This document shows positions 1 to 13,471 of a stretch of 64,000 nt of DNA, piece by piece. The position numbers and the translations under genes are program-made. This DNA is from Antedon mediterranea (Eukaryota > Animalia > Echinodermata). Where the stretch lies: the NCBI RefSeq assembly GCF_964355755.1, contig NC_092676.1, positions 24,074,871-24,138,870 on the forward strand, in the 5' to 3' direction. The notes below the pieces were generated by a model, which searched no databases, was not told the origin of the DNA, and was given only the letters and a program-made list of their open reading frames with translations. How positions within the stretch are numbered: position 1 is the first letter of the stretch; each line of letters begins with the position of its first letter.

Positions 1-315
1 TGCAAATGATCGAGCAGTTAAGTCACGGCGCCATTTACCATCCAAACTGGCAACAATATCTGCATGGGTTTGAGGCCGACTTGCTTCTAGTTCTCGGAAT
101 AAGGACTTTAAACCGTAGGAAAAGTGTTACAGGCTGTGTGCACTTCAAAGAACCTAGTTCATCATTCAAGTAGGGGGTTACCCCGGTGAACGGATTTACA
201 AAATAGACCCTGTATCAGGGGGATTACCACCTTCCCTATTTGATAGGACAGTGACTAACTTAATATTGGTAATCCTTGGCCTCATGTGCCTATAGACATT
301 AAAATAAATAAAACA
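1..315 (+). mobile_element. tRNA-derived SINE (degenerate)
   Basis: A/B-box-like head, core ttctcggaataaggactttaaaccgtagg shared with the 45.5-kb copy, aataaataaa tail. Confidence 0.6.
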
Positions 316-3300
316 AATTCAAATCACACAATGTAATTTTATATTTTTAGCAATTGAATACCACATTTTATTTATAGAACTTGATCGTAGTTGAAAAATG
401 ATTTTTATTTAAAGAGGAAAATAGTTTAGTTTACTCATTACTCAATACTTGTTTTATATGTTATCCTAACAGTACTGTAGGTGTAGTAAGCAACAAAAAC
501 ATATTTGTGTTCATGTCATTGATTTGTAGCATAACAAATTCAAGTTAATTATTACACAGGATACACAATAATTAAATACATGTACCTTTTGGTAATTCCC
601 TCAATTTAAAACATGTCAAATTTAAGACAACACGTCATACTGGAAATATTTTTCCTAGTTCAGGAAATGTTTGTGATATTAGTTGCAGAATACACGCCGA
701 GTATGACAAGTTTAATGTAAATAAATACAAAAGATCCAACATGCTCCGAAAACAAGGTCGTGACCTTTAGATTTATGACATAGTTCCAGATTTTCTGCGC
801 TAAACATAACTCATATTATCTCCTGCGGACACGTAATAAACTATTTAAAACTATGTAAAATTAGTTGCTTTTGCCGTACTCAGACAGAACTACTGTGTTT
901 CAATATAAAAGGTGTAACAGCAACTTCAATGTTTATTAGGTTATTTATCAAATTACTCTACTTAACCCGAGTATAAACCTATGCCCAATATTAATGCCAA
1001 TTTCTAATTTAGGCTATATTTCAGATCAGTATTGTAGTTCCATATTTAACTATGAACTTTTAGGCCAGATATTAAATGAGAGCACTTTATGCATACAGTA
1101 CATCATCTACTATACAGTATTTAGTATTTTATTACTGTTTTTCTACAGTATTGTTTAATTCAAACAATGTGGAATTTTATTACTGTAGGTAATTGTTTGT
1201 ATTTGTTTTAATGATTCCACATCATGATTTCTCGGCTGATGGACAGCAGCAGATGTGTCGATATAGCTGATGATATAACTAGGCTTTACTGTACGTGGCT
1301 AGGCTGCAAAGAGCTATCTTTTGGCCTAGTAAGCCTGACAGAGTTGATGATGATACGCATGACGATACGTCAGAGGGTTAGTAAAGTATTAAGAATTTGA
1401 TAGATTATCCCCCATGCTGAACATCTCTGGATTAATTAGTTGGATTCACCTGATGGTGTAGAGATGGAACTAAACACAACTACCTACCACCTGCTAAGGT
1501 GAGCTATCCAATGAATGCTCATCATCGGAGAAGAAATGTTTCGCATCGTTCATTTCAATTTTACATATTTTGATTTGACAAGGTTAATAATCACAATTGT
1601 TTTCTATTTATTTATTTAAATTTATTAAAATAATAACTAATGAGTAGACTTCACAAGAAGATTTGAAATAGTGTACTGTAAATTCAGAAACTTCTGTTGA
1701 ATGAAGCTTTCCAGCTTGTCATTCTATCAAACTTTATGTGAAAAAAACATGTGATGTGCCCATATATAGACATGATGATGTCATATCACTACCATATTTG
1801 GGCATATCGCCACCATTTGGGCACATCACATTGTTTTTGTCAAAGTTTGATACTGTAGAAGCTCTGTCTCCACTATCAAACTGTAATTGATAACAAAAAA
1901 TGTGATGTGCAGGGAATAATTTCGCCAGCGTAGCATAGCAAAAAGCTATACAAAACAACCTTATTGCTACACATTTGTACAATTGTGTAGCAAAAAATAC
2001 AATACAAAACTATGTTTCTCGAATCAAAAATCAGTTTGATTAGCAATATTGCTAAACAGAATTTCGAAATGAAATTTTTCCCTGATGTGTCCAAATAATG
2101 GTGATGCCATACCACTACCATATTTTGACGTATCACTACCATATTTTGGAACATCGCATTTTTTTGCTCTCTACTAGGATACAGTATTTGAATTGAATAA
2201 CATGTTTTTTTAGGAATGTGAGATTACATGTCATAAATATTTTCTAATTACGTTAGTTCAAAGTAATGAACATACATTATTTTGTCACCTTAATTTGCAA
2301 TGAGCGAGTTCAAATGGATATTTAATCAAAAGCTGAAGTACCATGCCCGAAATTAAACCTGTAACAGTATATCTCAAGGCAAAAACATTGATAGTTCGAA
2401 AAATCAAGTGTTATTAAGAAAATAATAAAACTACAATAATCAGAAAGATTACATCATCAAGAAGCAGAAAACAATTTAAATTGTAAATTGACCTAGTATC
2501 TATAATATCTAGACCGTAGTTTGCAGTATTTACTGTAGGTTAAAAAATGATTATAAAAAGAATACACAACATTTATATTGTATATAATATAATCCATCCA
2601 ATTGAAGTTAAATAGTAATGCTTTAGTTGTACTACAGATAAGCTATAATTTTACCAATTCTTCTCACGAAGGACCATACTACAATATTATCACTGAAATA
2701 GTTTATAACCGAGAACCTGATACATCACTTTTGCCTGGTAGATTAAAAGTGATGTTCTGTATGTTCTATTTAAGGTTCTACTTAAAATACTAAGGGATAG
2801 ATTATACAGAGACATTGGCATTTTCTCTTGAATGTAAAGTGACCCAATTAAGTTAAAAACTCAATCGTTAAATAGCAAATTGGTGCATTTCCTACTGGTT
2901 TGACTGGTCTTAGTCACTACATTTCCATCAAACATTCAGTATTATGAACAAAACCACTGTTCTGCTAATTATATAGAAATTAAGTCCGGAAAATTCAGTA
3001 CCAAATTATTGATGTACTATAAGATGTAACTAATCTACTAAATACAAAATAGTCAAATAATTTTGTACTTTGTCTATCCATTTGACAAATATCAGCTTCA
3101 ATTTCTCTTGGTCTGTTTTTAATGGCTACAGTAGGCCTAACCTACCACTACTAGATAAGTGTTTATTTTATGTATAATTTTTTTCTTACACCATTTTTAA
3201 TACCAGTTGAATTGAAGCCAATTTAGTCTGGAAAATCTTCCTGCCAAGAACCTGATTTAGGAGAACACAGAAAACATTGAGTTCTTTGACATTGATTGAG

Positions 3301-3373
3301 CATGTTGCAAGTTTTATAATTTTTTATCTTATCATCTTTATCAATAATAATAAAGTATTTCTTTCTATTTGAC

Positions 3374-3588
3374 CATAGAGATATTAATCATACATACATA
3401 CATACATATGGGATCCTTGTCTTCTACGTCGTAGAACTGCAGTCGAAAACCTATTCAGCACCAAATAGCCTACTAAGGTGTTCGTTAAGAATTTTTTTTG
3501 ATTGTGTAATGGCTTTGGCTTGCCTGATTTCCATACTTAAAATACGAGAGATTTTAAGATGATATCACTACTGTATAATATCTCTATG
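3374..3588. mobile_element. Non-autonomous P/Galileo-like TIR element
   Basis: 13-bp TIR catagagatatta/taatatctctatg flanked by an exact 7-bp duplication atttgac. Confidence 0.75.
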
Positions 3589-5525
3589 ATTTGACAAATC
3601 ATCATGTTTAACCTATAGAAAACGTTAACATCTGATCACACCTATCGCTTTGATCTTTTGCAGCCTCTTGTTCTTGTCATTATTAAAATAAAATGAAGCC
3701 ATTGACCTTCAGATACATCACTAAGTCGCACATTAAATGAATTTTTCAATTCCGTTTTAGTTTTGATTTTTTGTAGCCTAGTACAAAATAACAATATCCA
3801 TATTTTTTACCATATCATTTCTGTATACAATACTATTTTGTTTTGTTTTGCTATGGTGGAAAATAAATGTCTTTGAAACAATATAGTAGTATAATACATT
3901 CTAAATTTAAGACAATACAGTAGTTACTGTATATTACTGTATTAATTTAGTTTCTTTACAAACTAATGTTTCCAATAAACTACCATGGCAAACAAAGGTA
4001 TACAATGAGTTCCTAAAGCCAAATTAACAACAACAAAACAAAGGAACAATACATTTGACACTAAACAGTAAATTCTTTTGTTTCAACAATTCAATGTACA
4101 GTAGTGTGAATAAAGATTAGTGTGTGTTTTTGTATACTTTTCAGCTTTTAGAAAAGCTGTATTATTTCAACTTGGTACACGACTTGAGTTTATACATGCT
4201 CCCTTCTGGTTAATTAGTTACTGATTGATTAGATTTAGAGAGGGTGAACTTGTTTAAACCAGTGTTCAGTAGTCAAGTGCAGTTTTTAAAATTGTTTGTT
4301 AGTTGATGAAAATAAAGTAGTACAAAATATGGAAACATTCAAGCTTGGTTTAATATTTACCCTGAAAGTTGGTTCGTACAGTACTACCAAAGTTGGCAAT
4401 TATTGTGCACATGAAACCAACTTTCCCAGGTCAATAAAAATAGTCCTTATGGTGTGCAATTGGCATTTTTATTTTAAAGATGGGCCAAAGAAATTCTGCT
4501 ACTACTGTATTCTACCCCGCAGTATAATGAATTGTTCCAAATGTAGAAACATCTTGTTAATGTTGATCTTGTTGAAAGGATTTAAATATTTTACACAGAG
4601 TGCTAAATTGGGTATACATTACGCCATATGTCCCCAAATAACCCCACTGAATTGAATTATAGTACTCTAAATGCCTCCACTAAACTGCAACCAGCTCATT
4701 AAGCGAGCACATCCAAATTGAATCGTAGTAGAGGAATGGTTTACGATACGATCCTCCATCTCATGTCGTAGAACACTTCACAGGTCTGTCAACCGTGCGT
4801 ACCTTAATGACTCTTTCATACTTCCATCCACTTCTTGCCATTCAAGGATTTTTACAAACCTGAAGATAAGAAAATATAACACTTAATATTACCATTTTGA
4901 TATCGTGTACTGGGTATACAGAGAATAAACTATAATTATTTTTTCGATGTCCTGCTAAGTAGATACTGTGGTTGTGTAGGATATCGGGTATGCATGAATG
5001 CTGTACTTTTGATATTGGTGAAATTGGATTTCTGTGTCATCATATAGCTTCATCATTTCGTTTGCGGATAATGTTACCAATATTAAAGTGCTCATTGAGA
5101 AAGTACATAATATTATTAATGTTAAATATGATTCTGGTTTTTTTTATTGTACTCTCTTGAAAAAGGTTGCTGAAAAGTTTGTTGAAAAGTTGCAGTAGTA
5201 ATGATCATTGTTGATTTGGAAAATTAAGCATTGAAAATAAGAATTTAGATTTTTTTGATGAGCAACTCACTTGGACATTACCGATCCTCTTGGATTTACT
5301 GATCCAGTTTATTGCTACTTACGTAGTAGTTGGATCTTTCTAAAGTTACCCATTTGTATTCAGTTACCTCATCTCTGCAATCAAAGCCTAGATAAGAAGT
5401 TGAATCGTACAGAAATAGGTCATAAAAGAGAATTGAAGTTGGCGTAGCATAAATGGACATTTTATGTACTCCTCGCCAGGTGGATTATAGAACTAACCAG
5501 ATTTTCAGTAATATCAGCCGCCACA

Positions 5526-5669
5526 ATGGTGTTCTATGATCAGAATAATAATAAAGCATCGGGATGTTGTAATATGTGTTCTTGTAATGGTTCTACGGTC
5601 ATTCTGTCTTATCTTACGTCTCATAAGTGTCATGCGAAAAGTGGATGGCTTTTGCAAAGAGTAAATAAG
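5526..5669 (+). CDS. Candidate alternative first coding exon of liprin-alpha (48 aa, Cys-rich)
   Basis: gccgccacaATGG Kozak context, stop-free 144 nt, AAG|gtttgt phase-0 donor compatible with the exon at 15440. Confidence 0.45.
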
Positions 5670-8600
5670 GTTTGTTATATAATATTTTTATACTAATTCC
5701 TTATTTATTGCCTGGTACTATGATCGGGTATGACAATTACAGTCTCAAATATTCACATCTACTTAACATAGTGATACTTTATGGTAATGGAATAAAAGAA
5801 TGCAAATTTTGATGATATGTTATTGTTAAATAATATTAATATTTAAAATAGGGAGTGCTATATTTTTGTCATAATATTAATAATGCTAAATAAATCTCAA
5901 GACTAATTGGTTACCAATACATTTATTGTGAAAGTACTATTGTAGCCAATGAACAAAGATGAAAAGACTCTAAATTCAATGGATGCCTATATACAGAGAC
6001 ACTCTATTCCTAGTAAATAGGTGTCATAATGGCCATTAATGAATATTCATAGGTTATTCTCTAAATGCATATTTTTATTTGTCATCAAACATAAAATATT
6101 TGATATGAAAATGTATTTGATGCATTTTTATATAGTCACATTTTTAGTTGCTTATATGATCAAAGTTATGTAGTTTTCCAATTAAAATTGTGCATAGTAA
6201 TAATTTAAATATTCCTCAGAATTACAGTACATTAGAACATTCAATTGATTATCTATATTTTATCGAGATTAGTCCAATATTAAAGGTCTAATTTCAACAA
6301 TTTAATTTCAATATTCTATCTGATTTACATTCTGTACCAACTCAATTCATTAGTGGGCTGTGTATATGAGCTTAATGTGACCTTCATTTGACCTTTGATT
6401 GAGATAATTGTATTAGACTTGATTGAAAAATCTAAGGTAATATTCCGTAATAAATTTGAAAATTGAATCTAACTAGTTCAATTTAATATCATTGCGTACC
6501 ATATTGAACACTGAGCCTAATTATTTTCTAAATCGCTTTTCCAAGACAGTTGGATTTAATTCAAGTATTCTTATTGTTTATTTTGTTTTCACCGTTAATA
6601 TTTTATTAAAGTAGTAAACAGTAATTGTATTTTCCTTTTTTTCACCTGGTTTCCAGTTTATTATAATCTTGAACATATATGTACAGTAATTTCCTCTAGG
6701 TATTTCATTCATCAGACCAGGGAGTTGTTATTAGACAACTCCCTGATCAGACAATGTAACAATAGTACTGTACATCCTCAGTGGAACTCGTAATATCCCT
6801 TTGTGGTCCTAGGCAATGTTATTAAGTACTATACTAACCATGTGTAAGTATTGTCATAATAGCAAGTAATTCCCAAGGACATGAAAGTGGGTATCCGAAG
6901 ATTTGAACCCTGACCTCACACATGGAAACACCCAAAGGCGTAACATCTGCATTTATTTCAGATTAATTTTAATAATATACTGTAAGTGTAAGTAAATTCA
7001 ACTAAATAGTTTTAAACACTTGCCATGTTATATTTATAGATTTAAATAGTGCGTGGGAAATGCAGTGAATGAAGTTCTTTCAAAAGTGTATCATTGACAT
7101 GAATAATTGCCACAGACATGTATCGATGTTCGTGGTTGAACTCTGTCGTCCAAACACCTTTAGGTTTCCTGGCCTACTTCAATCAATTTTTATTATGTTG
7201 TAAACAAGCAGTTTCAGTTGACAATTGAGAGGTTTTTATTTAAATTACTATCTGTTGATTCAACCAAGCTAGTATGATAAATAATTAAATTAAATATGAA
7301 AAAATGTTCTGGTTCGTGCCTAGTTTACCTAGATAAACTAACAATAGCCCATGGTTTACAAGGAGGAGCAAATTATAATAAGTTCTTTAAAAACCCCTCT
7401 ACAGGGAATGGGCTAATCTACTGTACCAACCACAACTTCACATGGCCACATTCCAATTTTCACTATCATTCTTGAAGAGCAATATAGCTAGAAAATGATA
7501 TTGTTCACAAAAATTGGGAACTTCCCAAGTAACCAAGCACCATCATCATTCCTCAAGGCTTTCCTCAAGGAGACAGTGAGGAGGGAGATTTCAAGGTAAA
7601 GTGGCACAGAGAGTAATAGGTTACTAACACCACTTTTGATTTGATTTGTGTATTTGAACACATTGTTTATCCATACTTTGTACGCTTGTTCTATTCATGG
7701 CTTTCTTTCCCCCCACAATACAATTCTGTACAAAGTTGATGCTCAACTTTTAATCAAGTCAACTGAATGAGGATGTATAAATTGTGATGATGTGGGTCTT
7801 CAACTCATAACCTAATTTAAGGAGTTTTTAATTATGATTATATCGGGTAATTATTTGGTTAAATACGCTTTTTTCGGCATCAATTTTAGAAATTCGTCCA
7901 ATTTAGCGTTAATAGCGTGGATCATTTGTAGATCAGTATCTGTTTTCCATTGAACTTGAGTATAGGTTTTGTTTTAAATGTCAAGCCTTGATATGCTTGA
8001 TTGCAATCTTCCACAGAGACAATAAGCCACTAGACAGCCTGGCACAATCTAATATTAGCCAAGAACCAAGAGTGCTAACTAATTAATTGCGTGAATTAAT
8101 TATTCACCACTGTTTTGCAGTATTAATTAGTTATGAAGTTGTAGGCTCCTCCCAGACTTTTGTTAATTGATTTATCTATTTCATTGTGGTTTGGTCTGGT
8201 AGTTTATTATTGTTTTTAAATTTAATTGTTATGGTGTATTGTATACGTCTTTTGTATTTTCTCTATTGAGTGGTTGTACATAAGTTTCAGATGATGACCA
8301 TATATCACATGTTGACTTTAGAGAGATAGATAGGTATTATAACTGTAATTTATATCAAATTAAATAAACAAGAGAACCTCATTTTCGCCGTCTTTTAATC
8401 CTTTACAAAATTAATGTGCATAAAATATGTATGGTAATTGTTTACTATGTTCAGTGGACAAGAGTCAGTACTTAATAATGTAATTACTGTTGGTAACTTG
8501 ACCAGTGCAAGCTTGACCGCTGCAGACATATTTAAATCATTAATGCACTGGTTGTTTTATTAATAGTAATACAGAAACTGAATAATATAATATATAAAAA

Positions 8601-8755
8601 TCGCTGGGCTAAAAATACTTATGTGAAAGTGCGATGGTGGCTTTACTAAAAAGCATAGCAAAAGCATGCTAATACTATAGTACTGAAAAATACCTAATTA
8701 GATTAATAATACAATAGAACTCACTCCTATACTTCAGGGGACACCCCTAGTATAA

Positions 8756-8936
8756 AGGGTCTTTCACACCTGTTCCGGCACGGTTCCGATCCGGCGCCGG
8801 AAAATCCAATCGAACGCCAATGTTTCGTTTTCACGCAGCTACGCACATATCGATTGGCGCATAGCCGCGTGAAAACGAAACATTGATGTTCGATTCGCCG
8901 GACCGGAACCGTGCCGGAACAGGTGTGAAAGACCCT
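8756..8936. mobile_element. Palindromic MITE (Harbinger-like AGGG terminus), nested in an older CAGT-type MITE; degraded relative at ~29045-29175
   Basis: Near-perfect fold-back agggtctttcacacctgttccggcacggttcc ... ggaaccgtgccggaacaggtgtgaaagaccct. Confidence 0.85.
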
Positions 8937-9687
8937 TTAAGCAGTTGTTGGATCCTGAAGGGGTCCCCTTTATAGGGTTGTAATACTCATCATCAAAAAT
9001 GATTGTTTTATAACAACTAAACTTAAATTAATTCCTTGAGTTAATTCTATGTATTCATATAATAATGCAAAAGAAAGAAAGACCACAGTAACCAAAAATA
9101 ACTTCACATTTCTTTATCTGAGTACAAGCTTATAATAAAGCAATTACGCATAGCAAAATCAATACGTTAGCCTGTAGAACTAGCACATGCAAGGCTTGCA
9201 TTTAAACTGTGCCGGTATTAAAGCCTCTCTAATCAACTGCTCTATTGATTTAGGTATATTCCTCCTAAAAGCAATGCATAATTATTCTTCCAACAGTTGA
9301 GACTCCTTTCAATTGGTCATCATTGTTTGACCATTGAAACGTGGTAGATATTAAGAAGTTATCCATAGAATAATGCATTAGTATTCTCAATTTTGTGTTT
9401 TTTAATATATAAATTATAATATAGTATTAAGCAATACAATGATTGTATAGGACTCCAATTAAAAATCATTTGCCAATTTGATTGTTTAAAAATGTGTAGC
9501 TTTGTTAATAAATTTTTATTTTTGCCAGTGGCATGTTCGGATTCTCAAATTCAGTCCAGTGGCCAGAGAAAACTACATTACGTTTTTTTTGGTCATACTA
9601 GTATGTTTTTCACAGAATCCGGAATGTGTTAGTATGAATGGTTCTATACCACAGTACTACACTATTTCATAATATTTTCTCTAACGT

Positions 9688-9932
9688 CTGCTGGGCTCAG
9701 TGTGAACAAAGGCTTTAAGTTAAAGATATGTTCACATTGAGCCAGGCAGTGGCCTTTAATAAAGAACACTGCTGGGCTCAGTGTGAACTACTGTAAGCTT
9801 TAAGTTAAAGCTATTTTCATACTGAACCAGGCGGTGGTCTTTAATAAAGGACACTGCCGAGCTCAGTGTGAACGAAGCTTTAAGTAAAAGCTATGTTCAC
9901 ACTAAACCAGGCAGTGGCCTTTACTAAAAGAC
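9688..9932. repeat. Three tandem ~80-bp units, each internally palindromic
   Basis: ctgggctcagtgtgaac ... gttcacattgagccag repeated three times. Confidence 0.85.
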
Positions 9933-11271
9933 ATTTCCTATCCATACTGTAGTGAACTTTCCTTTTTCGAAATACCAGTTTCACTACCGTAATGCATACA
10001 AATCAAAATCAAATCAATTCATTATGTCTTCGGCAATTTCAAAATCAGTCATTTTAAAAATGAGCAGGCATACTTAATACCGCTCATCAACTATCCCAAT
10101 GCATTATGAAGTATGTGATATGAACCTACTTAAAAGACCATACACTTGATGATGGCAAATATCATGTGATGCTTGAATGTCAACTTCCTACTGAAGTCTA
10201 CCATACATGTTTACATTATTTTGGTATAAAATTCAGTATTATTATTAAATCATAAATTATGTTTTTTTTTTCTTGTTTATCGATGTGTTTTGAGGTTTTA
10301 ATAAAATAAAATATGACCCCACCCATCTGTTCATGCCATTTACATTTGAACAATGTTATTCTTTTTAAGTGTTAATTTTTTTTTCTCGTAAAATCTGTAA
10401 AATCTTTTTCTGGTTATTAAATTATTTAATCATGATAGTTCCAGTTCAATCAAAATTGAAAATTCAGAATCCAGAATGTTTGAATTAATATTTAAACAGA
10501 AAAATGTTTATTTTTTACAAAATATAAATCAACTAAATGTATATCATCTTTTACTCTTAAATCTGCATTTTATGTAAATGAAGTACCATTACTTTTCACA
10601 TAATACATCAATTTATTTCACCTTTAAGGAATGTTTTAAAGATTATAAATTATACACGCTTTCTCTATTTAATTCTTAGAAAATGAACCAATCTATTCTA
10701 TAAAACAGTATTAATGATGTACTGTAAACTAAAATGCCCAACAAGTACAATTAAAGTCTTATCAGGGGCCATGACAGTATATTTCCAAAAATGGTTGCCA
10801 CATCAACGGCTTTTATAACCTGTAGTGTAACTATCATATTCTGGCAAATAAATATATTTTTCCATCGGTTCTGCACTGTTAAACACGATAATATTCTGCT
10901 CGCAACACCACACAAGCTATTACAGTTTTTATGGTAATTTATTATTATCTGATGTCATAGGTGGTGAAGGCATGCATATTCCAATTATTTTAGAAATATT
11001 TATGCTGATAATAACAACAATAGCTATACATAAATAACAATTGTGTCTTTTTCACTAAATTTTATTGCAAAAATATCTTGTTCTTTCTTCTCCCGACAAA
11101 AAAAATTATAATTTTCTCCGGCAAGTAAAATTATTGTTATTAATATTATTGTTGATACAGTAGTGTATTTCATTATTAAATATTGCAGATGAAATACTGT
11201 ATGTTGAATTCTTGTCTTTGTTCAGACTATTTTTATTTTAAGGGACCACTTGTTAATGTTACAAACTGTAA

Positions 11272-11429
11272 AGCCGTGTCTGACACTATTCTTTATGTCA
11301 CAAAATAATGTGCCCATGCTGTATATGGACATGATGTCATACCACTACCATATTTGGGTATTCTCTACCATATTTAGGCACATCGCATTTTTTTTTTTTG
11401 CAAAATAGTTTAATAGTGTAGACAGAGCT
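11272..11429. mobile_element. MITE family A (Harbinger/Tourist-like)
   Basis: TIR related to AGCTCTGTCTACACTATCAAAC, TAA target duplication. Confidence 0.8.
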
Positions 11430-13315
11430 TAAGAAAAATCATCAACAAAAAAATATGAAACATAGTTCAATGATGATCTTTTTAATATATTATTTATCAA
11501 TTAAAATAATTTTGATAAAATAATTATTTTAATATTATAAAGTTCATTTGTTGTCAACACAGTTGAAACATTGGGTGGTCTTGCATCATAAAAGCTACAG
11601 TAATGATAATCCGGTTACGCTATTTTACTTATTAACAACCAATACAGAAATTATTCAATGTGAACAATATATGCAAAATTTTACTTGTGATTTCGAAACT
11701 GAATGTTAGTTTCACTAACAGTTTTAATAGTTAAGAACAAAGCAAATTTTGGAAATGATCAATCAATCAATAAAAAAAATATTGGTTGCGAGTTAAAGCA
11801 CATTAATTTCTGCTGTTCAGTTCTTTAGACGTTGTAGTATAGTCTACATTCATTAATTATACTTGTATCAAATTGGTCAATGACTTTTCGTTAAATGGAA
11901 GTTTATTTTTAACATGTCGTCGCCTTCTTCCATATGGAAACCAACAAAGGATCTGATTCATCAAGAGCAATTGCACTTTACACTTGCCACTCGCCGGTGG
12001 ACTAATCTTTTGGATAAAATACTCGCTTGTAACGCCTTCAGCCAAAAACACGCCAACTAAACCGATCATGTATTAGTTTCACAGATTCTTTATAGGATGG
12101 AGGTAAATTATAATCTATTTGTAGTATTTATTTACTTGTTTTCTTTCTGTTTAAATTCTCTGATAAACTGTCTGAAATTTGGTAGCGTATTCTTTGATTG
12201 ACATAGGTTTAATTTGTTGTACTTTTTCAGAGAGTATTTAGGAGCTTAGTATTAGGTGTTGTGATTGGTGAATTTGGATTCTAAATCATTTGCATATGGC
12301 ATCGTTTATTATCAATGTATGTGTATAGAAATATGTGTTGGTATGTGAATTACTTTATAATGTATTAAATCTGTAGAGGAATCAGATATGATCAAATTCT
12401 AGATTAAATAGAATGAAAAGATATCTCAACCATGAAGAAAATAGTATAGTCCTGTTGCAGGTAATTACACTCAGTTCATTATAATAAAGATCTGTATGGT
12501 CAGTTGAGTCCAATACAATATAACGAGTATATTGTAAGTTATATAATTCTAGTTCAATAAATATCTGGTACAATACTGTATGTATTATTTTAAATGAAGA
12601 CACACATAAAAAAGAAAAGGAGGACAGTTAGACGGTAATTTCTGTCATTTTCAAATGTTTCGGAATATCGACTGAACATGCGGTCTTATTAGTTAAAATA
12701 TTCTCATTTATCTATTGTCCCCAATCGAAAGAAAACTCTTAACATTGTTTTCTTTTATATAGTTAATATATTATGTAATAAAGTATAATGCTCTGTTTAC
12801 ACTGTCAAAATATATATGTACATGATGATGTCATATTTGGACATATCACTACCATATTTGGGCACATCACACTTTTTTGTCAAACTAGTTTGAGTGTAGA
12901 CATTGTTTTAAAATGTTTCTCATCTATTTTCTATAGCTACCTTTGATTGGGAAGTCTTAACAGTTGTTTTGAAAACTCCATTTAAAATCATTATTTAAAA
13001 GAAATTGAGGTAATTTTATTCACCCAGTATATTAAGCAGTGATTTCCTCTCAGCAGTAAACATGCTCAAGATAGAATTGTACTTGATGTTAAAAATAACC
13101 TTTCCATTTGTTAGTTTGTAGGTTTTATGTGTTGATGTTTTTGAAGGTCAGGGTATAAACAGAACATCCTAGAAAATTAGCTTTCAGACTCTGTAAAAAC
13201 ATGTACATGACATGACTGATAAATTAATATATTTGTAAATGTATAATGTTGATAGGAATAGGATATAAAATTATTCTTAATATTTAGCAATAACCTATAG
13301 CAATATCCTGTGTAA

Positions 13316-13471
13316 AGCAATGTCTACACTATCAAACTTTATGTGACAAAAAATGTGCCCATATATGGATATGATGATGTCATATCACTACCATATTTAG
13401 GTATATCAATACCATATTTGGGCACATCACACTTTTTGTCAAACTATTTCAATGATGGTGTAGACGGAGCT
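13316..13471. mobile_element. MITE family A
   Basis: Same TIRs and internal atatcactaccatatttgggc repeat; TAA TSD. Confidence 0.85.

Noticed and set aside
4296-4655. 119-aa ORF and the many other 60-130-aa intronic ORFs
   Set aside because: AT-rich, non-ATG starts or repeat-derived, no recognisable domains or consistent splice phases.
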